Source: Octopus sinensis
Taxonomy: Eukaryota
Reading direction: 5' to 3'
Length of the DNA: 64,000 nucleotides
Assembly: GCF_006345805.1 (NCBI RefSeq)
Contig: NC_042997.1
Coordinates: 71,362,001-71,426,000, forward strand
Both the position numbers and the translations under genes were made by a program. How positions within the stretch are numbered: the first letter of the stretch is position 1; each line of letters opens with the position of its first letter. A model generated the notes under the pieces. It saw only the letters and a program-made list of their open reading frames with translations, was not told the DNA's origin and ran no database searches. Positions 51,325 through 64,000 of this stretch are shown piece by piece.

Positions 51325-52894
51325 TTCTGAAAGACATTCGGATAGTTCTTAATTACTGGTTATTCTTTACTTGAAAGGAGGCAATAACAAATCACCAAAG
51401 TTTTCAAGTGGTGCCTTCAATTGTGACTCAAACAGACAATAGTTTCCTTAGAATGCGAGCTGTACCCAACAATGCAGTCTTCTGGATCACCTCGAGCCTG
51501 ACAGTAGCTCTAGTATTCTTAATATGTTTTTGAAAACCCTTGGAAATTGCTCCCAAAGCTCCAATTATCACCGGTATCACCATCACTTTCCTTATGCCCC
51601 ACAACTTTCTTATCTCCTCCCGCAGTGGCTGGTATTTCTCAATCTTTTCTTTTTCCTTACATTTCACCCTCCAACCGCCTAGTATTGCAACATCTATTAT
51701 TTTTACTTCTTTTTCATCGTTATGGATGAGCACATTATCTTGTCGTTTACCTCTATGACTTCGTCGCACTGCATGTAAAAATCTCAGAGTAATCCGTAAT
51801 GTTCGCTTTCCATTACTCCCTCTGGCTTGTGTTAATACTATTGTTTGACTCTCACGAAGTTTGCTTTATCGCACAACAGCCAGTGGAGATATCTGGCCAT
51901 ATTGTCGTGTCTCCTTTTGTATTCGAGTTATGCGAGCTGACAGCACTCACTAACAATGTGGTTTATACTTTCTCTCTCCTCACTGTGGCGAGTCAGAGCT
52001 TTTATCAATGTGTTGTTTGGAGTAGTTTGTTCTGAGAGCTTGTTCTTTAACGCTGCACACTAGTGCCTCAGTGGGCCCTTTTAAGTCTCCTTTCTGCAGG
52101 CATTGCCAGGTTCTATTCCAATCAATCTCATCTTTATTTTTCAAGAACTGACTGTGCATTTTCTTGTCCTGCCAAATTTTATTCATCTGCTCTCTCCGGT
52201 CTTTCATAATTTGTGTTGGATCTACGTTCACTTTTAAGGTTCCCTACATTTTCACTGCTTTAATCATTTCTTCTTTACTCCCCTTGACATACCAAGTCAG
52301 GCTATTCTCCTCTTCCCTTACACAACCTTCACAATACACCAATCCTCGTCCTCTTTACCTGCAATCTTGACACATCACTCTTGGGGTGTAGTTCCTCGTT
52401 TATTGTCATTAATTTACGTGTTCTCCGGTCTATCTCTTGTAATTCATGCTTCTTCCAAGACACTATTCCTGTCCCATGTTTCATCAAAGCAACAACTCAC
52501 GTCTTAATTGTTCTAATCTTATAGCGGCCATTTAGCTTCGATTGGAGCACAAGCCGAGTTCTCTCAAAAAAATCCTTTTCTGTACATTTCTTACATCTTG
52601 TGGTCATTCTCTTTCAATGGTACCCTAGTACTTATAGCCTTCCTCTCCGACTTCCTTCATAATTTCACCACTTTCCAGCTTGATCCTATGGCTTTTACTG
52701 ATTTTCACCCTTTTGAGAATCATTACATCATATTACTCGATCCCAAATTCCATGCCAATATCTTTGCTAATCATCTGCACAGTTGCCGTCAAACTCTCAA
52801 TTTATTCTGTTTTAGCAAATAGCTTTAGGTCATCCAAAAACCACAGGTTGTTTACTTTCACCCTGCTTAGCATGTATCCCAAAAATAATCATCC
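51325..52894 (-). mobile_element. Older R4/Dong-type LINE fragment
   Basis: GDLKGPTEALVCSVKEQALRTNY and IIDVAI..KIEKYQPL..VIIGALG..IQKTALLGTARIL. Bounded by (TAA)n-type tracts. Confidence 0.85.
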
Positions 52895-52964
<70 letters not shown>

Positions 52965-52965
<1 letters not shown>

Positions 52966-53590
52966 TCAATTCCGTTTCCATTTCTTGCCGAGTATATTCC
53001 TGACACCTAGGTCAGAGATACGTACTGTATACATTGGAAGGCCATTAAAATAAACACATCAGATTGATCATTTACAAAATCATGGGATAAAGAAAAAAGG
53101 AAATACAGAGAGAAAAAGAAAAAAGAAAACAAATAAAAAATTAAGCAAATAAAATAAAGGAGGAAAAGGAAAGAAAATTTACAGCGACAATGCTCTTTTC
53201 AATACGTTTGGTGTACCAGATAAGACAATCTTTTGCACTTCCTGCATGGATGGTAAGTTTCTTTTTTGACCATTCCAAGTTTTCCTACAATCATTGGTAT
53301 TGTAACCGTCTTGAGATGCCACGTATTTTCGATTTTGATTAGCAAATCTTTATATTTTCTGAGCTTATCAAATTCTTTTGCTAAGATATTATGGTTACAG
53401 AGTATGCTCATGTCAATCAAGAAACAGGCTTTATTCTTTTGGTCTTCCACAAAAATATCTGGCCTATTTGCTTTGATGTTCCGATCTGTGTATACTAGGA
53501 AGTCTCAAATAATAATTACACTTTCTCCCTCAGTTACAGCTTCAGTAGTTTTGACTTTATAATGCCGACTCATTATCCAATGTAGATATT
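52965..53590 (-). mobile_element. Fourth R4/Dong-type 3' fragment
   Basis: ANRPDIF, CFLIDMSI..KEFDKLRKYKDL..W.LKTVTIPMIVG. 3' end abuts (TAA)n. Confidence 0.8.
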
Positions 53591-53607
53591 ATTATTGTTG
53601 TTGTTGC

Positions 53608-53638
<31 letters not shown>

Positions 53639-54134
53639 GCTGTTGTTGTTGTTGTTGTTGCTGCTGTTGCTGTTGTTGTTATTATATATTCATAAGAATA
53701 TAATAAAAAGGAACCTAAGTATTAACTTGGTACTCCTTTATTTCAATAGTTACATACGTTTCAGTATTCAGCAAAGCATCACGTCACACAATATATGCAC
53801 ATATTTATAGCATATCTCTATTTTTATGCATAAAAAATATATCTGCGTGTGTAATTGTGAATGTGTAATTGTGTTGTGTAAGAATAAAATCTTATTGAAA
53901 TATGCACGCGCAAATAGGCGCTCTCACACACATTAATAAATGCAATTAAGTTATCAGAAACATTAGAATCAGATTTCTGAATACTTTTATTTTCTCCTAC
54001 ATACAAGATCAATATATACGATTAATGCATTTGCATTTACAATATAAGACTTCTGGAAAGTAAACTAGTGTAAGCAAATTTTCACACGTACACACAAGAT
54101 TTATAACATTAAAGGCATGTCTGTATATATACTC

Positions 54135-54530
54135 TTTTACTCTTTACTCTTTTTACTCTATTACTTGTTTCCGTCCTTTGACTGCGACCATGCTGGATCA
54201 TCGCCTTTAGCCGAGCAAATCTACCCCAGGACTTCTTCTTTGAAAGTCTAGTACTTATTCTATCGGTCTCTTTTGCCGAACTGCTAGGTTACGGGGACGT
54301 AAACACACCACCACCGATTGTCAAGTGATTTTGGGGTGACAGACACAGACACACAAACATATATACGCACACACACACACCACACACACACACATATATA
54401 TAATTATATATATATATATATACATATACACGATGGGTTTCTTTCAGTTTCCGTCTACCAAATACTCACAAAGCTTTTGTCGGCCCGAGGCTATAGTAGA
54501 AGACACTTGCCCAAGGTGCCACGCAGTGGG
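54135..54530 (-). mobile_element. SINE family A, head truncated
   Basis: Matches family A. Confidence 0.8.
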
Positions 54531-54599
54531 AATAATCAGGAATATATATATATATATATATATAATATATATATATATATAGCTATATATAATATATAT

Positions 54600-54658
<59 letters not shown>

Positions 54659-54994
54659 TATATATATATACATAGATATATATCATATATACAGGCATGC
54701 ACATATATATATATATATATGATTCCAAATTTACAGGGAAAAATTCAATTTAGTAATACTAAATCAAATTCACAATATATAATATATGTATATAAACTTA
54801 ATACATATGTATTAAGTTTAGAGATTTAGTTAACAGAATATATTTGATGAGATATTAAGTGTTTTAATTTTAAGATATATTGTTGAATTTTGTTCGATTT
54901 TTTATTGAAACATTTCGTATTTTTATATATATTTATATTTTCTTTATAAGATAAAATACCTACATTTATTTGATTATTTTATTGTTTTTATCTT

Positions 54995-55077
54995 GGACCT
55001 GATGAGTGACTATATTTACATTGAATTGATTTTACAGTTATAAGTTTGAAAATATGGCCACGAAACACGTGTAGTCT
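54995..55077 (+). ncRNA. Type I hammerhead ribozyme with a long stem II
   Basis: ggac CTGATGA gtgactatattt...aaatatggccac GAAAC acgt GTA gtct. Canonical core and palindromic ACGT loop III. Lies in an AT-rich island (54721-55215) between (TA)n tracts. Confidence 0.85.
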
Positions 55078-56115
55078 TTTTACAAATTATAAACTATTTA
55101 TTATTTCGTACTTTATTTAGTTCTAGGAAAATGTTTTATCGTATCTTTAATTCTTTTCTATATGATATGATTTAATTATAGCATTGCTGAATTGCTACAT
55201 GGTGGTGCTTTTCTAATATATGGGTGTATATGTATACATGTATGTATGTATATATGAGTGTATATGTATGTATGTTTATATGTATATGCATATATATATA
55301 TAATATAAATATATATGCATATATATATACATACATGTACATGCCTACATATATGCATATATACATGCATATATGGGTTAAAAGTGTACGTACACTTTGG
55401 TCTTATATGTAAGTATATATATATCTAAATTTTGTACGACTCTATTATTCGTTGTATTCTTTCATTCTTTCCTTCTTTCTTTCAGCCCTTCCACACTTCG
55501 TTCATTCCACTCTTCGTTCTTTCGTTCCCCTCTCTCAAATTTCCTGGCCTTCTCTTCATGCTCACTTTCCCTCCTCCTTCACTTCACTGTGTCTCTTTCA
55601 TTTATTCCTCGCCCCTCCTTAATTCCTCTATCCCTCGGCCTCTACCTCTCTCTCTTCTCTCCCCACGTGACCGGTGTTCGCCCAGGCCTGAACTTTCTTT
55701 CTTGGTTCGAATACCATCCGTGCAACATCTATATTCCTCCCTGTGCCTGTTAAAACTTATGTCCCTGCCGTAAAGCTTTAGTCCCATGCACGCCAGCTTA
55801 ATTTAATTCGTTCTTAGTCGAAAGACACCTGGTGTTATGTCCTGTTAACTGCATTTGTATTTGTGTAACATTTCTGGGGGTTTTTCGTCCTTGTTTCCGT
55901 ATACATTCGCTGCTCTCTTCCAGGGAATCTAATGCCCTTAGCTTGTTTTCTCCTTAAGGCTGGCCAGATTGGAGCAATCCCAAGTATAACCAACCGAAAT
56001 TGCAAAGATAATCTGGAACTCGACTGAGGATAGAAAACTCCGAATGTTTTCCTTGTATCGTCTGTCTGGATGTTTTGCGTTCTTGTCCCATTTTTGTGTG
56101 TGTATGTATATATAT

Positions 56116-56385
56116 GTGAGAACTACACAACCAATTTCATACAAATTTTATACATATCTTACTTAGGGTCCATGGAGTGTTATGAGCAAACAAAATCTTT
56201 AACTTCTTGCCTAGGGCGAGCCCAAAGCAATATCATATCTTCTCTACTGTGTATCCCTAAAACTTGAGAACTACACAACCAATTTCATTCACATGCCTTA
56301 CTCAGGGTCCATGTAGTGTCATGGGCAAAGAGAATGTTTAACTTCTTGCCTAGGGCGAGCCCACAGCAATATCATATATTCTCCA
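56116..56385 (+). repeat. ~150 bp tandem duplication, probably part of a non-autonomous Helitron-like element
   Basis: tgagaactacacaaccaatttcat...aacttcttgcctagggcgagccca.agcaatatcatat at ~56117 and ~56265. Confidence 0.6.
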
Positions 56386-56641
56386 CTATTTCAGTATTAC
56401 GTGTTAAAAGTGAAACAAAAACATCTCTCTATTGTAATGTCAGATACTTTCACTTTAATACTGAAACTATTAAAGTCAAACTATTATATAAGAGAGATGA
56501 GCTATTAACAGTGGACATCCATTTTGCTAGAAGAAGATCCGCTATGGTCATATATGCTACACCACTGGTTTTCAATTCATATTAATCGAATTAATATTCA
56601 ATTTCTCGCCCTTATTATTTTTAATTTAAATTTACATGTAT

Positions 56642-56692
<51 letters not shown>

Positions 56693-56938
56693 ACATATAG
56701 ATGTGTATATATGGATGTATATATATATACATATATATATATATAGATAGATATTGATATATATATATATATATATATATTCATGTATATATATGGATGT
56801 ATATATATATACATGTATATGTATACATGTATGTGTATAGATGTATATATATATATATAGATGTACATATAATATGTACACATATATACATGCATACATA
56901 TATATACAGCCATACACACATACAGACACATACATAAA

Positions 56939-57240
56939 TAGGTGCAGGTGTGGCTGTGTAGTAACAAACTTCGTTCCAAAACACATGGTCCCGGGTTCAG
57001 TCCCACTGTGTGGTGACTTGGCATGTGTCTTCTGCTAAAGCCTCACACCAACCAAAGCCTTTTCAGTGGATTTTGTAGACAGAAACTGAAAGAAATCAAT
57101 CGTATATATATGTATGTATATATGTAAGTCTATGCGTGTGTCTTTGTGTTTCTCCCTCATCACAGCTTCACAACTGCTGTTCGTTTATTTAGAGCCCCAT
57201 AACTTACCAGGTTTATCAAAATAAAATAAAAAACCACTAG
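56939..57240 (+). mobile_element. SINE family A, diverged
   Basis: aggtgcaggtgtggctgtgtag...ggtcccgggttcagtcccactg...gaaactgaaagaa. Confidence 0.75.
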
Positions 57241-57344
57241 GCAGTATCTCATTTTTGTTTTCCCACACAATTTATTTTTGTGTGTATGTGTGTGTGTGTG
57301 CGTGTGTGTATATACACACACACACATACACACAAAAATATATT

Positions 57345-58749
57345 CATATAAATTCATAAACCCCCTTTCTCAATACATAAAAGAGAATTGGAAAAGTTTC
57401 CTGGACGACTGTTTTATACTCTGGAATGAAAACACAGATAAACTCCTAAAATTCAAAAACCTATTGAACAGTATCAACCCAAATATACAGATCACAATGG
57501 GGTACAACCAAAAGGAGCTTCCATTCTTAGATATACTGATTTAAAAAATTAACCTAAAAATAGAAACAGACATATTCTATAAAAACAACAGACGCCAAAC
57601 AATACCTACTTTTTGATTCATGCCACACAAGACACACTAACACAAACATCCCTTTCAACCTTGCAAGAAGGATATGCACAGTAGTGTCAGAACAAAATAC
57701 CAAGAACTCAAAAACACCCTAATTGATAGACACTACCCAGTTCAACTTATAAAGAATGGGATCAGACGTGCAACAGAAATCGACATAGAAACTTTGAGAA
57801 AAGTTCAACACAACAACACACCTTCCCCGAAAATACTGCCTTACATATCCGCATACAACCCCAGACAACAAAGAAGCCTTCACCATCATCACCCAGAATT
57901 TACCAACACTTCATAAGGACCCCAAATTAAAGGAAATTCTAAACATACATAAAATCATTAAAAGCTACAAACAACCGAAATTACTAAAAAATATTCTCAC
58001 AAATGCAAAATTGTTTTCTGAAATTACGGATATAAAAGTAAAACAATGTGGTAGACCAAACTGTGCAACATGCCCAAACCTTCAAGAAGGATCAGAATTC
58101 CTTTTCAAAGCGGGAAAAAATTCAAGATGAAATCTAATTTTACTTGTGTTTCTGAAAACATAATTTATGTCATAAGATGCTCGGGTTGCCACCAAAACTA
58201 CATAGAGTCCACGGGATTATCACTCAGACGCAGATGCACTCTGCATCGACGACAGATTGCATTCCCAGAATACAGAATGATACCCTTTAGTGAGCATATT
58301 GAGAAATGCGCAAAGCAACTACTACTACAATTTTTCATCTTTCCATTCTATCGATGTGCCATTGGAACACCAACACAGATTAGATTAAACAAGGAAACAT
58401 TCTTCATTGAAAAATATAAGCCTAAACTTAACCATCCTAACATTCTTATACAGAGAAACTCATCTCATTGAAAAAAAGAAAAAATATATAAAGCGATTAT
58501 CTCCCTTATACCTGAAGAAATCCCCGATTACCTCCCCCTGCCTGGAACTCTTCTTTGCACTACATAACGAAGACATGACACGATGTAGGTAAAGAAATTT
58601 GAGAAATTTGAAAAGTTTACACGAAACAGGTTATTTCTCCAAAAACTGTGTTACTATACACAAAATTTTATAAATTTTTCTAACATAACAACTTAAATAT
58701 ATTCTTTAACCTTATAAAACAAGCCTTCTGTAGTTTTTTCCCACTTTTC

Positions 58750-58755
<6 letters not shown>
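57345..58755 (+). mobile_element. Penelope-like element, 5'-truncated (RT C-terminus, GIY-YIG, 3' pLTR)
   Basis: WKSFLDDCFILW, LPFLDILI, CGRPNCATCPNL, FTCVSENIIYVIRCSGCHQNYIE. Paralogous to 16865-19349. Ends in (TA)n. Confidence 0.92.
58601..58639 (+). ncRNA. Hammerhead variant with U3-A8 core
   Basis: gagaaat TTGAAAA gt-ttac-ac GAAAC ag GTT atttctc. 7 bp stem I. Confidence 0.65.
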
Positions 58756-58808
<53 letters not shown>

Positions 58809-58810
<2 letters not shown>

Positions 58811-59558
58811 TGAGAAAGTTGGTGTGTGAAAGCACATATATAGAAACTAGTAAAAAGTGAAAAATCTACAGAAGGCTTGTTTTAAAGGGTTAAAAAATAT
58901 ATATTTGAGTCATTATGTCAGAAGAATGTTATAAATTTTTTTCATACAGTGACATAGTTTTTGAAGAAATTACCGGTTTCGTGTTAACTTTTCAAATTTC
59001 TCAAAACATTGTGTTATGACTTCGTTATGAAGTTTAAAGGAGAGTTCCAGGTAAGGGGAGGTAATAAGTGATTTCTTCCGGTGTAAGGGAGATAATCGCT
59101 TTATATTTCTTGCCTTTTTTTTACTTAATGAGGTGAGTTTCTCTGTATAAGAATGTTAGAGTGGTTAAGTTTGGGCTTATATTTTCATTGAAGAATCAAG
59201 GAAACATTCTTCATTGAAAAATATAAGCCCAAACTTAACCGCTCTAACATTCTTATACAGAGAAACTCACCCCATTAAGTAAAAAAAGGTAAGAAATATA
59301 AAACGATTATCTCCCTTACAACGGAAGAAATCACTTATTACCTCCCCTTACCTGGAACTCTCCTTTAAACTTCATAACGAAGTCATAACACAATGTTTTG
59401 AGAAATTTGAAAAGTTAACACGAAACCGGTAATTTCTTCAAAAACTATGTCACTGAATGAAAAAAATTTATAACATTCTTCTGACATAATGACTCAAATA
59501 TATATTTTTTAACCTTTTAAAAGAAGCCTTCTGTAGATTTTTCACTTTTTACTATTTT
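58809..59558. mobile_element. Inverted pair of Penelope pLTRs, each with a U3-A8 hammerhead (58965-59001 minus, 59401-59437 plus)
   Basis: Arms ~58845-59195 and ~59197-59558 are near-perfect reverse complements and diverged homologues of 58390-58755. HHR: agaaat TTGAAAA gt-taac-ac GAAAC cg GTA atttct. Confidence 0.88.
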
Positions 59559-59656
59559 ATATATATATATATATATATATATCAGTCCACCCCTCCATAT
59601 AACATAGTTATTTATATATATATATGTATATATATATATGTTCATATACATAGTTA

Positions 59657-60590
<934 letters not shown>

Positions 60591-61099
60591 TGTTTTTATT
60601 CATTCTGCTAACTGAGGTCATCACGTTGAAATTCGACAAGTTGAGACTGGACAATTTTGGCAGCTTACGAAAAATTATCTTCAGGAAATCTCTTTGAATA
60701 CAACTATTCCTTACTCTCTTTCGCTTTTTTTCTCCCTTTCCCTTGATCTCTATCTTGATCTATTTGTTTTTGATGCTTACTGTTGCCATCTTTTTTTATT
60801 TTTTTGCTATTATTTGTTTCGTTTTGCAGTTATTTTCACTTTAGTTTGCTTTTATTGTAGTTTGTGGGTATCATTATATTTTTCTTTCTGTTGTTTTTGA
60901 TGTAGTTCTTGCGAAAAACTCTAAATAGTTTCCATAATTTTAAGTTTTAACAATGGTTTCTTACATTGGTACAAGAATGGATATCTGAACTGAGCACTGT
61001 ATTTGACTCGTACAACACGCTCACACACACACACATTCATATACATATATAGACACACACACCCGCCTGTGTGTGTGTGTGTGTGTGTGTGTTTACTCT

Positions 61100-61470
61100 C
61101 TCTCTTACTTGTTACTGTCATTTGACTGCGGTCATGCTGGATCACCGCATTTAGTCGAGCAAATCGACCCCATGACTTATTCTTTGTAAGCCAGTACTTA
61201 TTCTAGCGGTCTCTTTTTGCTGAACCACTAAGTTTGCGCGGACGTAAAATCACCAGCATCGGTTGGGGGTGACAAACACACACACATATATACATATACA
61301 TATATACGACGGGCTTCTTTCAGTTTCCGTCTACCAAATCTACTCACAAGGCTTTGATAGGCCCCAGGCTATACTAGAAGACACTTGCGCACGGTGCCAC
61401 GCAGTGGGACTGAAGCCAGAACCATGTGGTTGGTAAGCAAACTATTTACCACACAGCCACTCCTGTGCCT
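61100..61470 (-). mobile_element. SINE family A, near full length
   Basis: Matches family A head, body and tail. Confidence 0.85.
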
Positions 61471-63773
61471 ATATATATATATATATATATACATATACAT
61501 ACACATATATTCATATCTACATTTATATATGTGTATACATGTGTATATATATGTACATGTATATATACACACATTCATACAATGATGTATACATATTAGT
61601 ATCTATTTATAGATAAAGAGATACGCTTAGGTATTTGTATATAAATAATTATGCATATTTATGTTTGTATATATGTATGTATGTGTGTGTGTATGTATGT
61701 ACGTATGTAATTATGTATATATATATATATATATATACATATATGTGTGCGTGTATAAGAGAAAATATTTATTGTTTTCTAAATGTTTTATAATAATTTG
61801 ATTATTATTTAAGCATTTCTGAATGATATTCTTTAATAACTTACTTTGCTATAGGGTTATTTAGAAAATTCTGGGTTATTTAAATAATTCAGAGTATTCC
61901 ATAATTACTGCCTGAGCATTCAACATGCATTTCTATTGGCTTGATTGTCCGAACTCAGAATTTCAATCATTCGTTGATTTGCAATCCTGGCATTATATGT
62001 TGTGTATTATACCCACCCGCAGTCCAACTTCCATAAAAATCCCATCGCACACACAGACACACGCGCGCGCGCGCACACACACACAGACACGCGGCGCAAC
62101 CTCATAAGCAGATTACAGTCATATATCTTTACCAGTTCCTAGATAAGACTAAATTGTACTAAACACTTTGTCAAGCAACAAATCTTTCTTGATCACAGTT
62201 TTAAAGAACCATCTATCAATCTACTTTCTATTCATCTGCAGTATCAGAGAACATACAACTCGCAATAGACGCATAAAAACTATCGTTAAAAAAAGAAAAC
62301 GAAATTAGTATACACTAATACCATATATGATCAAGAAAAACTACAAGTGGTGTACAAATCTTCATGGATTATCCTGGACCTGTCTGAACAAAACGCAATA
62401 AACTACAAAGAATAGAATGTGCACACTTTATATCAATTTAGGCTGCTCAGAGACAACACACATGAACCACCTACATTTCACATACAAAACACAAGATATG
62501 AAAGATTATGTTCACGTATCAGACTTATTTCTTATCAATAAATGTACATTCACCTGCCAAATAAACCGACACCTTCATAGCAACGTACAGTACATACATT
62601 CGCATTACACCAGCATAAAAGATGCATGCACTCACCAAATCAACATTAGCTTCAATAACCTTATTGGCCTCATTGTGTTCAAATGCTAATAATAAACATA
62701 GAGAACAGTGATTATCACGATCTGATCCAGTCCACTTCGGTCCTGGCCGATACAATCGTAAAGAAAGCAGGCTAAAAGTGCTAAGAGTATAACATGCAGA
62801 ATATCACACAGCATCCCACACGATTAACCACATCTGGTAGTTTCAGCAGCATCATCAATCAAGGACATATATATATATATATAAGTGTGTGTGTGGGGGG
62901 GGGGCGTTTCCAAATTTCTGACAGAATGAATTGCGCCATGGTGCTATTTTTCTCACTGACGGTGCCCAACTGACCCTGCTATGGTGTATAGCCGATAAAA
63001 TCAAAGAAAAAACGCGCGTGCGCGAAATAAAAAATATAAAATTTACCCGTCGCATGCTGTATATGTATGTAGGTATGTATTCATGTATGTATGTATACAC
63101 GCATATACATATACTTACATATATGTGTATGTATATATGCATGCATATGTAATACTTATCTATAAAGAGCCATATGGATATACAGACGCACACATGTGTG
63201 TATGTGTGATGTGAGTGAATATATTGAAAAAGTGAGGGGCAATAAGAATGACAGAGCAGAAACAGACAGACTGAGAGTAAAAAAAAAGAATATGAGAGGA
63301 TAGGATGAAACGTGGGTAACCGAAAACAGAAAATAGCAGTATATTTTTCAGTGCGATCTGCAAGTTACATCAAATTCCATGACACAGCAGGTGGAGCTTT
63401 TTGTATCTTTGTGAAAAGAAGATGATTTTAAATTTTGAACTGTGTTGTTGTTATTTTTGTAGTTTTTGTTGTTGATGATGTTGTTGATATAGATGCATAA
63501 AAGTGTTACTGAGTTTTCAATAGAACATAGATGCCTTTCATTAAATAGTCTGGTGTCTTACGATATCTCTGAAACACACACTTACATGGACATACAGTCC
63601 TTCATAGATATTCATTTTTGAATACAAACGCATGGATCCAGAATACACACACTATATATACAAAAATTATGCGTGTACGTTTGCTTGTGGCTACGTATTA
63701 TTATTGTGGCTACTTTATATTCATATACATCTATGGCCACAGCATTTTCATAAGTGCATGCATACATAAAAAG

Positions 63774-63849
63774 AGTAGTAGTAGTAGTAGTAGTAGTAGT
63801 AGCAGCAGCAGCAGCAGCAGCTGTAGTAGTAGTAGTAGCAGCAGCAGCT

Positions 63850-63897
<48 letters not shown>

Positions 63898-63898
63898 T
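63774..63898. repeat. (TAG)n/(CAG)n microsatellite
   Basis: Direct inspection. Confidence 0.95.
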
Positions 63899-64000
63899 AG
63901 TTAACATTCGTAATGATCCTGATTGCTAAAAATTGACGTAAGCTTTGTTAGTTTACAGTGTTGGAAAAGAATGATTTAGCAGCGTAGACCTATTCTTGAT

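Noticed and set aside
55400-56100. Possible hammerhead at ctgaggatagaaaactccgaat (~56023) in a pyrimidine-rich repeat-like segment
   Set aside because: Stem II and the GAAA half are not convincing.

Overview
Eukaryotic, very AT-rich, repeat-dominated DNA. The SINE, microsatellite and transposon mix looks cephalopod (octopus-like), which is an inference from sequence style only. No intact host gene is visible, and most ORFs in the track are translated microsatellites. The window holds five decayed mariner (DD34D) transposons (one nested in another), three Penelope-like (RT/GIY-YIG) remnants, four co-oriented R4/Dong-type LINE fragments stacked in (TAA)n, an RTE remnant, Helitron/Helentron remnants, many SINEs and a possible short-intron pseudogene. 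The main signal is a family of hammerhead-ribozyme (HHR) elements. At least seven sequence-distinct small elements carry type I HHR folds, sit in TA/TG microsatellites and often form inverted pairs. Some have variant cores (compensatory U3-A8, U4C, A6U). The largest is a 7.2 kb palindromic array of about 15 copies of a 481 bp HHR-containing monomer (26201-33391). Its geometry suggests two-ended rolling-circle reverse transcription of a circular retrozyme-like RNA. Folds were read by eye; no activity or database match has been tested.
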